Source: an uncultured delta proteobacterium
GTDB lineage: Bacteria > Desulfobacterota > Binatia > UBA9968
DNA: 64,000 nucleotides
Assembly: GCA_963728565.1 (NCBI GenBank)
Contig: CAVSLC010000005.1
Span: 256,001-320,000 of the forward strand
Reading direction: 5' to 3'
This document shows, piece by piece, positions 1 through 9,552 of the stretch. The first letter of the stretch is position 1; every line of letters starts with the position of its first letter. The notes beneath the pieces were generated by a model. It worked only from the letters and a program-made list of their open reading frames with translations, searched no databases and was not told where the DNA came from. Made by a program: the position numbers and the translations under genes.

Positions 1-161
1 GTAACAAATTCGCCGTGCCGGATCTCCAATTCGATGTTTAGCAACGCGCCGAGGTTTTCTTGGCTCGGTGTTTGAAAAAATTTTGAGACATCTTCAACGT
101 TGATGACGGTGCCGGCTTGACTGCGCGCCGATGGGGAAGGAGTCTGTGCGAGGTCGGGCAT
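1..161 (-). CDS. ABC transporter ATP-binding protein, nitrate/sulfonate type (5' part only, runs off window start)
   Basis: Manual translation from ATG at 161: MPDLAQTPSPSARSQAGTVINVEDVSKFFQTPSQENLGALLNIELEIRHGEFV, the typical ABC ATPase N-terminus before Walker A. Confidence 0.8.
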   Translation of the reverse strand, partial: MPDLAQTPSPSARSQAGTVINVEDVSKFFQTPSQENLGALLNIELEIRHGEFV

Positions 162-273
162 GAGATCGTTGCTTACCTTGCGCGGTATTTATCCATCTAA
201 CCCGGGATGTGTCAACCGCATTAGGACTTTGCTAATGGCTCAATTAAAGAACAGCGATTCGAAGAAAGGGGTT

Positions 274-408
274 GTTCAAATCGTTCAAAAAGTTCAACCG
301 GCTTTGCCTCCGTCCAAATCGTTTCTCGGAATCCGGACGGCTTGAACCGAGCGACAGAAATGGAGCGGTTGAATGATCTGAACAGCGAGCGCAAGCCAAC
401 GCTTGAAC
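274..408. repeat. 9-bp-period GTTCAA/TTGAAC inverted repeat element, copy 1 (degenerate)
   Basis: GTTCAA at 274, 283, 292; TTGAAC-like hexamers at 342, 369, 378, 403. Confidence 0.7.
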
Positions 409-539
409 GGTGCGAGACTGCCGCCCAAAGAGTCGGTAACAAAGGCCGACGATCTCGCCACAATTAGATTCTAGCTAACCTCTGTAATAGTCTGGTAAGT
501 TGGCTAGGCGATCAACATCAACAACCCGCGGGGTGATTT

Positions 540-1778
540 ATGAGTTACCGAACGATCGACGACATGTTCGAGCGAGGCACTTTGGTCCAATTGACCGATT
601 TATGGACACCGGCGCTGGCCCGTTACCGCGATCGGCCCGCCGTAGTCATCGATATCGAAGTGCTTGGTTATCCGCGTTCGATCACTCGCCAGGTAAACGG
701 CACGTCTGTGAGTGAGAAATACGACTGTATCTACACCGTCGCATTGCTCCCGGTCGAACGAGCGGCAAGCCTTGCGCGGGAACAGGTTCCGGTGATTCGG
801 GTGATCTCTTTGGACGTGGCTGGGATTCTCCCAGCGGAACCGCAATCGTCAGAGTTCGCGGCTTGGTGTGCGAGGGAATTTTGCGGCGCGGAGCCAGCGT
901 CCGTTCGCAATCCGAGCGCGGCCGGCAACGGCCGATTCATCGGCGCTGCCGTGTTGCCGCATACGATTCCGATGTACGAGGCGCGCCACCGCCCCAACGA
1001 TCATCGCAATAAATCGCTGGTCGCTATCGAGCAAGTGCGGCGGCACTTGGAGCAGTGGCAACCCGATGTGATTGTCTTGGCGTCAACTCATTGGATGCCG
1101 CGGGACGGCTTTTTCATAGACGATGGCGCGCAACACCAAGATGGCTGCGATGCCTCTTACCAGGGCGTGGAACCGCAACTCTTCAGCTTTCCCGGCGACC
1201 CGGAGCTCGCGACCTTGATCGGAGGCCTTGCGCGCGGCGCCGGACTTCCGGTTAGACGTATTCATCGGGTCGCGCAGGAGCACGCAGTCTGGGTGCCGGG
1301 CCATTTACTGTGCCAGGAACGGCGCATTCCGCTGTTGCCGTGCTCGATTTGGTGGCGCGGACCCCGCGAAGCGCATCGGCGGTTTGGCGAGATCATCGCC
1401 CAAGCGGTGCGGCGACTGGATCGCAGAGCATTTTTCGTCGCCAGCGGCGGGTTATCTCACACCTTCGATTTTTCCAAGCCACCGGAATACGTGGTGCCGC
1501 AGGGGGAACGTTTCGATCGGCTCGCTCAAGAGTGGCTCGAGAAAGGCCAGCATGGCAGGCTCCTAGACATGAGCGAAGATGATTTCGAGACCTGGAATCC
1601 CGAGGGTCGCGCAGGCCATCTTTATATGATGCGCGGCGCTCTAGGCCAAGATGTCAAAGGTCAATCGCTATGCTATCAGGGGAGTAATGGGACCGGATAT
1701 CTGACGATGGTCTTTCAAAATTACAGGTTGCTGAAAAGGAGGCATAGGGTTTTTGGAAAGATTGATTGTGAAGGCTGA
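540..1778 (+). CDS. Class III extradiol ring-cleavage dioxygenase (LigB family) with an additional ~130-aa N-terminal domain
   Basis: LigB-family motifs VLPH, PDVIVLASTHW, FPGDPELA, EHAVWVP, FVASGGLSH. Confidence 0.8.
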   Translation: MSYRTIDDMFERGTLVQLTDLWTPALARYRDRPAVVIDIEVLGYPRSITRQVNGTSVSEKYDCIYTVALLPVERAASLAREQVPVIRVISLDVAGILPAEPQSSEFAAWCAREFCGAEPASVRNPSAAGNGRFIGAAVLPHTIPMYEARHRPNDHRNKSLVAIEQVRRHLEQWQPDVIVLASTHWMPRDGFFIDDGAQHQDGCDASYQGVEPQLFSFPGDPELATLIGGLARGAGLPVRRIHRVAQEHAVWVPGHLLCQERRIPLLPCSIWWRGPREAHRRFGEIIAQAVRRLDRRAFFVASGGLSHTFDFSKPPEYVVPQGERFDRLAQEWLEKGQHGRLLDMSEDDFETWNPEGRAGHLYMMRGALGQDVKGQSLCYQGSNGTGYLTMVFQNYRLLKRRHRVFGKIDCEG

Positions 1779-1940
1779 AAAATGAACTCCGCTTTTCAGA
1801 TTTCCGCTTTCATCCTTGTCATTCGCCCTCTGAGATCATTTTGAGCAGCTGCAGCAGAGTTTCCAGCACACCGGTAGAGGTTCAGATGGTTCAAAGCATC
1901 AAACGTCCGGAGTGGGATGTAAACCTGCAGCAGATTGGGC

Positions 1941-2912
1941 TTAGGGCTTCCAGCCTTTTGCTTGCAACTCCGCTGTGACTTTTTTCGTGATTGCGAAGTT
2001 GAAGAACTTGTCCGGCGGCAGAGATTCTTTTGCGCCGGCGATGCGCAATACTGCCTCCACCGCCTTTTTCTGAGACTCTTCGCTAAATGTGCCGTCTTGG
2101 GTCAGCGCTGGAAGAGCGGCGTCATAACCTTTAGCCGCCAGATCGTCTTTTATTTTTAGGCTACGGGTAATGATCGGAATCGTTGCGCTGCGCCGTTGCA
2201 ATGCGAAATGCAGGCCTTTCAAAGTTGCGCGGGTGAACTGTTCGGCCACTGCCGGCGCGCTGCGGAGCAATTCCTCGCGCACGACGATGGCGCCGCTGGG
2301 GGCGATAAGATCGCTTTTGGCCATAGAGCCGGCTTCATGCATGCCGATATCTTGCGCCATGATATTCCAAGGTAACGGCAAAATCGTCGCATCGACAAAA
2401 TTGTTTTGCAGCGCCAGAAGCCGCGGCCCGCTGTCACCGGCCTGAAGCAAGGTATAATCCTTTCCGGGCTCCATTCCATGCTTAGAGAGATACTCTCGAA
2501 GCAGGAAATAGCCCGCCGAGTTGAATCCCGGTACGCCCATTTTCTTGCCGTGGAGCTCTTTGATGTCGCGTATCGGTGCGCGGGTCATGAGCCAAAACAA
2601 AGGCCGCTCGTAACTGGAAAAAAGCACGCGCAGATTGGCGCCGCGCAAGTTGGCGTTCATCGCCGCCGCCGGAACACTGGTGAACGGCACCTCGCCGGTC
2701 ATGAGCGCCAAATTGGCCAGTGTGCCGGTCATCTGAATAAGATCGACATCCAAATTTTCTTCTTTGTAGTAGCCCCTATCTTTGGCCACGAAAAACGCGA
2801 GCTGCGTAATATTGTAGCCCGGTATGGCGATCCGGACATTGGCCGCATCGCTGAAAGAGAATGTCAAAAGCGCCAATGTAAAGAACCAAGCAGCGGCTAA
2901 ACGCGGTTTCAC
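1941..2912 (-). CDS. ABC substrate-binding protein, NMT1/THI5/SsuA-like
   Basis: Signal peptide; FVAKDRGYYKEENLDVDL and IKELHGKKMGV motifs. Confidence 0.88.
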   Translation of the reverse strand: MKPRLAAAWFFTLALLTFSFSDAANVRIAIPGYNITQLAFFVAKDRGYYKEENLDVDLIQMTGTLANLALMTGEVPFTSVPAAAMNANLRGANLRVLFSSYERPLFWLMTRAPIRDIKELHGKKMGVPGFNSAGYFLLREYLSKHGMEPGKDYTLLQAGDSGPRLLALQNNFVDATILPLPWNIMAQDIGMHEAGSMAKSDLIAPSGAIVVREELLRSAPAVAEQFTRATLKGLHFALQRRSATIPIITRSLKIKDDLAAKGYDAALPALTQDGTFSEESQKKAVEAVLRIAGAKESLPPDKFFNFAITKKVTAELQAKGWKP

Positions 2913-2939
2913 AGATAATGCCCCCTTAATCCGGCTAAC

Positions 2940-4091
2940 TTATTTCCCGTCAAAGAAGCGCACGGTGTTATCGCAAAGAATCTTGCGCTTCTGAGACTCT
3001 GAAAGATCTTGCCGTTCAAGAATCTCTTTCATGGCGTCGCCGCGACCTTCGTCGTGCGGAAAATCCGATGAAAACAGAATTTGACCTTCGCCGAGCAGCT
3101 CCATTTCCTGCGTCATCATGGCATCGTCGGCTTCGGCGGCGACGAAGATCCGTCCGGATTTCAAGTAATCATCGACATCGCGCGTCAGCAGTCCCTTGCT
3201 CGATGGCATGCGCCGCTTGTTGAGCACGGCATAATGCTTTAATCGCCCGGCCATATAGAAGATCCATTCGGCGCCGAATTCGAGAAAGCCGACCTTGAGA
3301 TCTGGGTGTCGGTCGAGCATGCCATGGCCGACGACGGCGACGAAGGCGAGATTCGCGGGCAAGGCTTTGCTGATCAGGTTGGAATCTAGGATATTCTCGC
3401 ACAGCTCGGCGAGAGCGGCATAGCTTGAGCCCATGTGCACGCACAGCGGCAAGCCTGAACGCGCAAACTCGTCCCAAATCGACGCGAAGCTGGAATGGCT
3501 CAGCATGCGGTTGCCGACTGTGCCATAGACGATTGCCGCCGCCGCGCCCAGTTCTTGCATCTCTGCGATCGCTTCGCAGGCCTGGCGCGTATCGCGCATT
3601 GGCAGCAGCCCGGCCCACCTGAGTCTTGCGGACTCTGTCCCGCACTGCCGGCCCATGTAGCGGTTGTAAGTGCGATAGAGCGCGGCTTCGTAAGCCGGCT
3701 CGTCGGTGATGTTGGCGTAAAGCGTGCTCGGCATCAAAAATTGCACGTCGATACCCAATTTGTCGAGAATTCCCAGCCGCTCCGTTGGATCGGAGAGATC
3801 GAGGCAGCCGATGGGAATGGCGCCATGAGCTTTGTCGACGTTGGTTCGAGTGCCCAACTCTTCCATGACGATGCCGGGTGTGTTGGCGGCATGCGAACCC
3901 GGGCCGAAAACATGCGGCTCCATTCTGCCTTCGATCAGCCAACCGGTGTTCCAGCGGCCCAAATCTTTATCGTCGATGATCCGCACCGCTCGGGGCCGCC
4001 GCCGGAGGAAATCTTCCGGCAACTCCCGCCACATGGCCGGACTCATGATCGCGTGCGCGTCGGCATCGTAGACTCGAAAACCGTTGATCAT
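2940..4091 (-). CDS. Amidohydrolase-2 family protein (metal-dependent hydrolase/decarboxylase)
   Basis: N-terminal DADAH, PLCVH, LKVGFLEFG and FSSDFPH motifs. Confidence 0.88.
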   Translation of the reverse strand: MINGFRVYDADAHAIMSPAMWRELPEDFLRRRPRAVRIIDDKDLGRWNTGWLIEGRMEPHVFGPGSHAANTPGIVMEELGTRTNVDKAHGAIPIGCLDLSDPTERLGILDKLGIDVQFLMPSTLYANITDEPAYEAALYRTYNRYMGRQCGTESARLRWAGLLPMRDTRQACEAIAEMQELGAAAAIVYGTVGNRMLSHSSFASIWDEFARSGLPLCVHMGSSYAALAELCENILDSNLISKALPANLAFVAVVGHGMLDRHPDLKVGFLEFGAEWIFYMAGRLKHYAVLNKRRMPSSKGLLTRDVDDYLKSGRIFVAAEADDAMMTQEMELLGEGQILFSSDFPHDEGRGDAMKEILERQDLSESQKRKILCDNTVRFFDGK

Positions 4092-4239
4092 TGAAAGCTC
4101 CTTAGATAATTGGCTCCTCGCTTATATGTCGCACCGCAAACGGCGTCAATGTTTGACGGCTTTTCGTAGTTGCAATTCTTGCGTTTGCCGCGTTCGATCG
4201 GCTAACGTGTGACGAATTCAGATCATACGGGAGGAAACG

Positions 4240-4874
4240 ATGAAAATCATCAGCGAAGCAATGGTCAAGAGCAACAGCGGCAAAACTTTTGAAGTGAAGA
4301 AAGGTCAGATCATTAGGGTCATCGGCGAGTCCACCGCCGATTATGTCGTGTTTAATCTCCGTAACGTCAAAGAGCGCTTCGACCAAGCGAGAACCAAGGT
4401 CGATCAGGGGAAAATTTTTGTCACCACCGGGGACGTGTTGATTTCGAAATTCAACAACGTCATGCAAACCATCGTCAAAGATACTTACCGCGGCACTCAT
4501 GACATGGAGAAAGGCATGTGCAGCACGTCTTTCTATAAGAAATGGGGCGATGAAATTTTCAAGATCTATGGCGATGTTTGGAAAAAATTGGGAAGACAAA
4601 AAGTCGTCGCGCCGAAGCACGGCTGCTGGGAGAATCTCGCCAGAGCTTTGAAGCCGCACGGCGTGCCGATGGAGGATGTGCCAAGTCCGCTCAATATTTT
4701 TCAGACGATGGTGATCAACGCCAAGACCGGCAGCATGCGTTATTCTATGACCCGACCGCGGCCCGGCGGCGACATGATGGATTTACGTTCCGAGATGGAT
4801 TGCCTGGTCGGCATCAGCGCCTGTCCGGAAGGGGGAAGGGGCAAGGATTGCGGATCGTGATTTACAAAAACTGA
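4240..4874 (+). CDS. Urea carboxylase-associated family protein (DUF1989); probable 1-nt indel near 4850
   Basis: FEVKKGQIIRV, HD..GMCS, HGCWENL, PLNIF and ISACP motifs; the C-terminus LRIVIYKN continues in a shifted frame. Confidence 0.85.
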
Positions 4875-4877
4875 CCG

Positions 4878-5004
4878 GTTCAAACCGTTCAAGACGTTCA
4901 AATCGTTCAAGCCCCCTGTCTTCATCCTCCCCCGCGACGCGGGGGAGGAAAGAGGTGGGGGATTAAACGGAGCGCAGCGGTTGAACGGCTTGAACTGATT
5001 GAAC
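4878..5004. repeat. 9-bp-period inverted repeat element, copy 2, with central GC hairpin; lies between convergent genes
   Basis: GTTCAA at 4878, 4887, 4896, 4905; core CCTCCCCCGCGACGCGGGGGAGG; TTGAAC at 4981, 4990, 4999. Confidence 0.85.
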
Positions 5005-5011
5005 GCTTTTT

Positions 5012-6022
5012 TTACTTATAGAGCTTATCGATGTAACCGCTCGAGTCGAGCTCTTTCAGGAACCTGATGTCGGTGAAGTCGGACGGTTTGGCTTGCGCTG
5101 CTTTGGGATTTTTAATCTTTAACTGATCTAGGTAGAGCTGGATGCCGGGCTCGGTCGGGTAGGGAATCTTAAGCGTTAGTTTGGCGACGATCTCACTATA
5201 AGATTCTTGCACCGACTTATCGTCTTTGATCGCGAGATATTTCTGCAGAATCTTTTGCGCGCCTTTGGGATTGGTCAAATTGTAAGCACTGCCCTCGACA
5301 AAGGCTCTAATAAAACGACGCACCGTGTCGGGTTTTTTCTTAATGTAATCCCGAGTGGTCGCAACGCCGTTTTGCTGCCATTCGACATCGAGCTTGGTGA
5401 AATCCAGCAAGGGGCGCATGCCGATCTCTTTGGCTTTTAAGGTTTCCGGCGCCTGCAATAGCGTCGCTTGCAACGCGTTGGTCTGCATGGCTGCAAGGCG
5501 CGCAGGAATCGATCCGGCTTGCACGTACGTTATCTCCGTATCTTTTATGCCGAATCTATTGAGCACTGTAATCGCCGCGGCATTATCCGCGCTGCCGATG
5601 CGGCTCACCCCGAATTTCTTGCCTCTTAGGTCTTCCACTCGTTTGATCTCATCGGTAACGAAAAGCACGTAGGGGAAGCGATTGGCTCCGCCGGCAACCA
5701 GAACGGCGCCGGATCCTTGCAGATTACTGGTAATGACTGCGGAGGCGCCGGCGTGAACGATTGGAGTTTCCCCGGCTACCAGGGCCGTGACCGCGAGCGG
5801 CGCGCCGACCAGGAGCACCAGCTCGACGTCAAGCCCGTGCTTGGCGAACAGGCCGAGTTCATTGGCGGTCCACAAGGTCGACTGAGTCGGCGCTATTACG
5901 GTATAAGCGACGCGGAGCTTTTCCGGCTGGCTTTGCGCGTCGACGAATGAGTAGCTTATCGACAGGACCAATGGCAGGCAAAGAAATGAAACCAATGCTC
6001 GGACAGAGAGATCTATCATCAC
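5012..6022 (-). CDS. ABC substrate-binding protein, NMT1/THI5/SsuA-like
   Basis: Signal peptide; GLFAKHGLDVELV and DLRGKKFGVSRIGS motifs. Confidence 0.9.
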   Translation of the reverse strand: MMIDLSVRALVSFLCLPLVLSISYSFVDAQSQPEKLRVAYTVIAPTQSTLWTANELGLFAKHGLDVELVLLVGAPLAVTALVAGETPIVHAGASAVITSNLQGSGAVLVAGGANRFPYVLFVTDEIKRVEDLRGKKFGVSRIGSADNAAAITVLNRFGIKDTEITYVQAGSIPARLAAMQTNALQATLLQAPETLKAKEIGMRPLLDFTKLDVEWQQNGVATTRDYIKKKPDTVRRFIRAFVEGSAYNLTNPKGAQKILQKYLAIKDDKSVQESYSEIVAKLTLKIPYPTEPGIQLYLDQLKIKNPKAAQAKPSDFTDIRFLKELDSSGYIDKLYK

Positions 6023-6148
6023 GGTTCTCCTCTGGGAAACTCTAGCGGCATCTGTGAAGGATCATATCCTCGCAGGCGGGGCAATATCCCAAGCTTTCGC
6101 CGATATCAATGGCCTGGATAGTTCGATTGACGCCTTTGTCCGGCATGG

Positions 6149-6892
6149 CTAGGTCATTGCGCGCCACGGCATCAGGCGCCGATCTAAATGCTGAATCAAC
6201 GCGAGCAAGGCGACGGCAAGCAACACGATCGTTAGGATGGTCGCAAACAGCGCGCTCGAATTGAACGATGCGCTAAAGGTCATCAGCATGGCGCCGAACC
6301 CGACGACGGAAAGAATCATTTCTCCGGTGACCATGCCGAGCACCGCGCGGCCCATGCCGAGGCGAATGCCCGCCATAATCATCGGCATCGCGGCGGGCAG
6401 GATTATTTTTAAAAATAACTCGCCTTCGCGGGCGCCGAAGGAGCGGGCCATTTCAGTCAACGTCGGATCGACACTGCGCACCCCAGCGGTGGTATTGATC
6501 ACGATAATCACAAAGGCAAAGAGGAAAACGATCCAAACACGAGACTGGAGGCCTAAACCGAAAGCAATCACTAGAAACGGGATAAACGAAATCATCGGCA
6601 CGGCGAGCAGCGCGGTCATGTAAACGTCGAGGAACGACTCGAGTCGCCGGTAACGGCCCATCAGTAGTCCGAGGGGGATTCCGAATACGACGGAGATAAA
6701 AAACCCGAGTGCGAGGGCTTGAAAGCTTACGGCTATCGCCTGGAACAGCTGCCCCGAAATCAGCAGTTCCGCCCAGACGGTCATAACCTTTGAAAGGGGC
6801 GGCAGCAGATGCGCGTTACCCGTTCGCCCCGCAACCTCCCAAATCGCCGCGAGCGTGACTAGCGACATGATTCTGAGCGTGCTCGCCTTCAC
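6149..6892 (-). CDS. ABC transporter permease (SsuC/TauC-like)
   Basis: LLPPLS motif, EAA-loop region EMARSFGA, multiple transmembrane segments. Confidence 0.92.
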   Translation of the reverse strand: MKASTLRIMSLVTLAAIWEVAGRTGNAHLLPPLSKVMTVWAELLISGQLFQAIAVSFQALALGFFISVVFGIPLGLLMGRYRRLESFLDVYMTALLAVPMISFIPFLVIAFGLGLQSRVWIVFLFAFVIIVINTTAGVRSVDPTLTEMARSFGAREGELFLKIILPAAMPMIMAGIRLGMGRAVLGMVTGEMILSVVGFGAMLMTFSASFNSSALFATILTIVLLAVALLALIQHLDRRLMPWRAMT

Positions 6893-6894
6893 AA

Positions 6895-7875
6895 TTATTT
6901 GCGTCCGATCTTCTTCAAAACTCTATCCAATGGAGCCGTGTCGAAGGACTGTGTGAAACTGACGGCGTTTTTTTTGAGCAGTCCCGATTCCTCGAAAAAT
7001 TTGATGCTCGCCTCACCGCGCTCTTTGTCGGCGCCGCCGTTGACATCCCAAATTCTAAGCTCTTTGTAAGTCGCTGCGGTGGCTTCGACGAGCTCGGGTT
7101 TAGTTTCGGGCAGCAGCCTTAAAGCATTTTCTTTCACCGATGCCGGTCGTTCTTCGGCGTTGCGATGCGCTCTGAGAATCGCCTCGAGCACGCTTTCAAC
7201 AGTTGCTGCGTTCTTCTGCAAGTAATCGCCGCGCGCGAAATACATCGAGCCGATAAGCTGGGGGAAAGTCTTGGCATAGGAGATCAAAACGTGAAACTGG
7301 CCAGGCTTGGCACTGAGGATATTTAGCACGTCGCCAATCTCCGCCGGCGTGGCGTCTAATTGGCCGCGCATCAAGGCTTCTGAGCGCACGTCAGAACCCG
7401 GGATGATCATCCAGTTTGGAGTGATCTTGTAGTGTTGCGCCATCCATTTGACCAGCGCTTCGGTCACCGTAATCGGCGCGTGATAACCGACCCGTTTGCC
7501 GTCCAGTTGTTTTGGATCCTTGAGAGACACCGGCGTGACCAATTGCCATTCGTTGCGCACCTGCTCGCCGATGATGCGAATATTCATGCCGCTCTCGACG
7601 GCCTTGATCACGGCAATGCCGGCTGCCGAGCCAATGTCGGCTTCCCCTGCAACCACGGCTTGAACGGCCAGGTCGGTTTTGGGAAAGAAGGTTGGTACCA
7701 CTTCGATCCCCTGTTTCTTGAGCTGCTCCCATGCGAGCAACGAGGGAATATCACCCATATCGGCCGACGACGGGTAGGCAAAGCGCACCTTTTTCGGCGC
7801 TTGTGCTTCGCTGCCTGAAATGAATCCGAGCATGATCACGATCAAGGCGGATAATCCGCAGATTGATTTCATCAT
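6895..7875 (-). CDS. ABC substrate-binding protein (SsuA/TauA-like)
   Basis: Signal peptide, QLDGKRVG motif, located between two permease genes. Confidence 0.88.
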   Translation of the reverse strand: MMKSICGLSALIVIMLGFISGSEAQAPKKVRFAYPSSADMGDIPSLLAWEQLKKQGIEVVPTFFPKTDLAVQAVVAGEADIGSAAGIAVIKAVESGMNIRIIGEQVRNEWQLVTPVSLKDPKQLDGKRVGYHAPITVTEALVKWMAQHYKITPNWMIIPGSDVRSEALMRGQLDATPAEIGDVLNILSAKPGQFHVLISYAKTFPQLIGSMYFARGDYLQKNAATVESVLEAILRAHRNAEERPASVKENALRLLPETKPELVEATAATYKELRIWDVNGGADKERGEASIKFFEESGLLKKNAVSFTQSFDTAPLDRVLKKIGRK

Positions 7876-7900
7876 ACGATTCCCTCCTTAGTTTGACTGA

Positions 7901-8656
7901 CTATTCGATAGCGATCTCCGCCTTCCACCCGGTTAATCTGCGGTCGAGCCAGTGCACCGCCTTCATTGTAAAAACCGCTATTAACAAGACGGTGAAAATC
8001 ACCGCAAACAGCGAATCGGTGGCAAAAGATGAGCCGTATTGCATGATCATGGCGCCGATGCCGGTGAGCGTTAACAACATTTCCGCCGTGACCATGCCTT
8101 TTACGGCGCGGCCCATGCCGAGCCGAAGACCCGCCATAATTGCCGGAAGGGCGGCGGGGAGTATGATCATGAAAAAGATCTCTTTTTCTCGAGCTCCGAA
8201 AGAGCGCGCCATCTCGACGAGAACGGTGTCGACCTGTTTAACGCCGGTCATGGTGTTGATGATGATGACGAACACCGCGAAGAGAAACACGACCGCAATG
8301 CGCGATTCCACGCCCAGACCGAACCATAGAATGAGCACCGGCACGAAGGCGGTACTCGGAGCCGACATCAGAGCGTTGACATAAAGATCCAAGAAATGTT
8401 CGACGGCGCGAAAACGTCCCATGAGGAGCCCGACGACAACCCCGATCAACACGGCAAGACCAAAACCGGTCACCAACGTGGTGAGGCTCATACTCAGGTT
8501 TGACAACAGTTTGCCGCTGCTGAGAAGCTTCCACCACGCCGCGCCGATTTGCGACAATGGCGGAATCAAGGTGGAATCCATTGCTCGCCCCGTCGCTTCC
8601 CACAGCAGCGCCAACGAGAGAAGAGAAAAAAAGTTGGTGCCAAAGCGGCTCTTCAC
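7901..8656 (-). CDS. ABC transporter permease (SsuC/TauC-like)
   Basis: LIPPLS and EMARSFGA motifs; paralog of 6149-6892. Confidence 0.92.
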   Translation of the reverse strand: MKSRFGTNFFSLLSLALLWEATGRAMDSTLIPPLSQIGAAWWKLLSSGKLLSNLSMSLTTLVTGFGLAVLIGVVVGLLMGRFRAVEHFLDLYVNALMSAPSTAFVPVLILWFGLGVESRIAVVFLFAVFVIIINTMTGVKQVDTVLVEMARSFGAREKEIFFMIILPAALPAIMAGLRLGMGRAVKGMVTAEMLLTLTGIGAMIMQYGSSFATDSLFAVIFTVLLIAVFTMKAVHWLDRRLTGWKAEIAIE

Positions 8657-9462
8657 GGGTGGTGGTTCTCCATCGCCTTTTTAAGACTTTCCCAAATATA
8701 ATTCGTCAGGTCGACGAATTTGGCATCGCGGCGCACCGCCTCGGAGACACGCGGCCGCGGCAGCGGCACGTCGAGGATCTCAGCTACTTTCCCAGGTCGC
8801 GGCGTCATTACGACGACCCGGTCAGAAAGATAAACCGCTTCATCCATGCTATGGGTAATGAAGATCACCGTCTTGCGTTCACGTTGCCACAGCTCCAACA
8901 GCTCCTCTTGTAAGAGCTGCCGGGTTTGAGCGTCAACCGCGCCGAACGGTTCGTCCATCAGCAGAATCGACGGGTTGACTGCCAGCGCGCGAGCCAGTCC
9001 CGCGCGTTGCTGCATGCCGCCGGAAAGCTCGTGGGGATAATGATTTTCGAAATCGCTCAAACCGACGCGTTTAAGATAGTCGCGGGCGGTCTTTGTGCGA
9101 GCTTCTTTGGGCAACCGGCGCAGCTCGAGGCTGAACTCCACATTGGCGAGCACGGTGCGCCACGGCAACAAAGCAAAAGCTTGAAAGACGACGGCTCGGT
9201 CGGGCCCCGGTGCGGTGACCTGCTTGCCGTCAATGAGGATCTTGCCGCCATCGTACGGGATCAAGCCGTCGATCATTTTAAGCAAGGTGGTTTTGCCGCA
9301 ACCGCTCGGGCCGATTATACTGATAAACTCGTTCTCGCGGATGGAGAGACTCACGTCCGCCAATGCCTTGACCTCCGTCGTGTGCTCTTTGACGGTTTTG
9401 TGAAAACTCTTTGAGACCCCCTGGATCTCAACCAAAGGGTTCGAGTCGTTCAAATTGTTCAA
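8653..9462 (-). CDS. ABC transporter ATP-binding protein (SsuB/TauB-like); exact start uncertain
   Basis: Walker A GPSGCGKT, signature LSGGMQQR, Walker B LLMDEPF. Confidence 0.95.
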   Translation of the reverse strand: MNNLNDSNPLVEIQGVSKSFHKTVKEHTTEVKALADVSLSIRENEFISIIGPSGCGKTTLLKMIDGLIPYDGGKILIDGKQVTAPGPDRAVVFQAFALLPWRTVLANVEFSLELRRLPKEARTKTARDYLKRVGLSDFENHYPHELSGGMQQRAGLARALAVNPSILLMDEPFGAVDAQTRQLLQEELLELWQRERKTVIFITHSMDEAVYLSDRVVVMTPRPGKVAEILDVPLPRPRVSEAVRRDAKFVDLTNYIWESLKKAMENHHP

Positions 9463-9545
9463 GAGTTCAATCCGTTCAACACGTTTGAAGATCCGAGTGG
9501 TTCTCGGACGATTTGAACGTCTTGAACTGCTTGAACGTTTTGAAC
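9439..9545. repeat. 9-bp-period inverted repeat element, copy 3 (inside an operon)
   Basis: GTTCRA at 9439, 9448, 9457, 9465, 9474; core hairpin TCCGAG-TGGTT-CTCGGA; TTGAAC at 9513, 9522, 9531, 9540. Confidence 0.85.
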
Positions 9546-9552
9546 CAGGCTT

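Noticed and set aside
4878-5004. CRISPR array or LexA boxes
   Set aside because: The units are 6-bp motifs at a 9-bp period with no spacers and no cas genes. The alphaproteobacterial LexA box GTTC-N7-GTTC has an 11-bp period.
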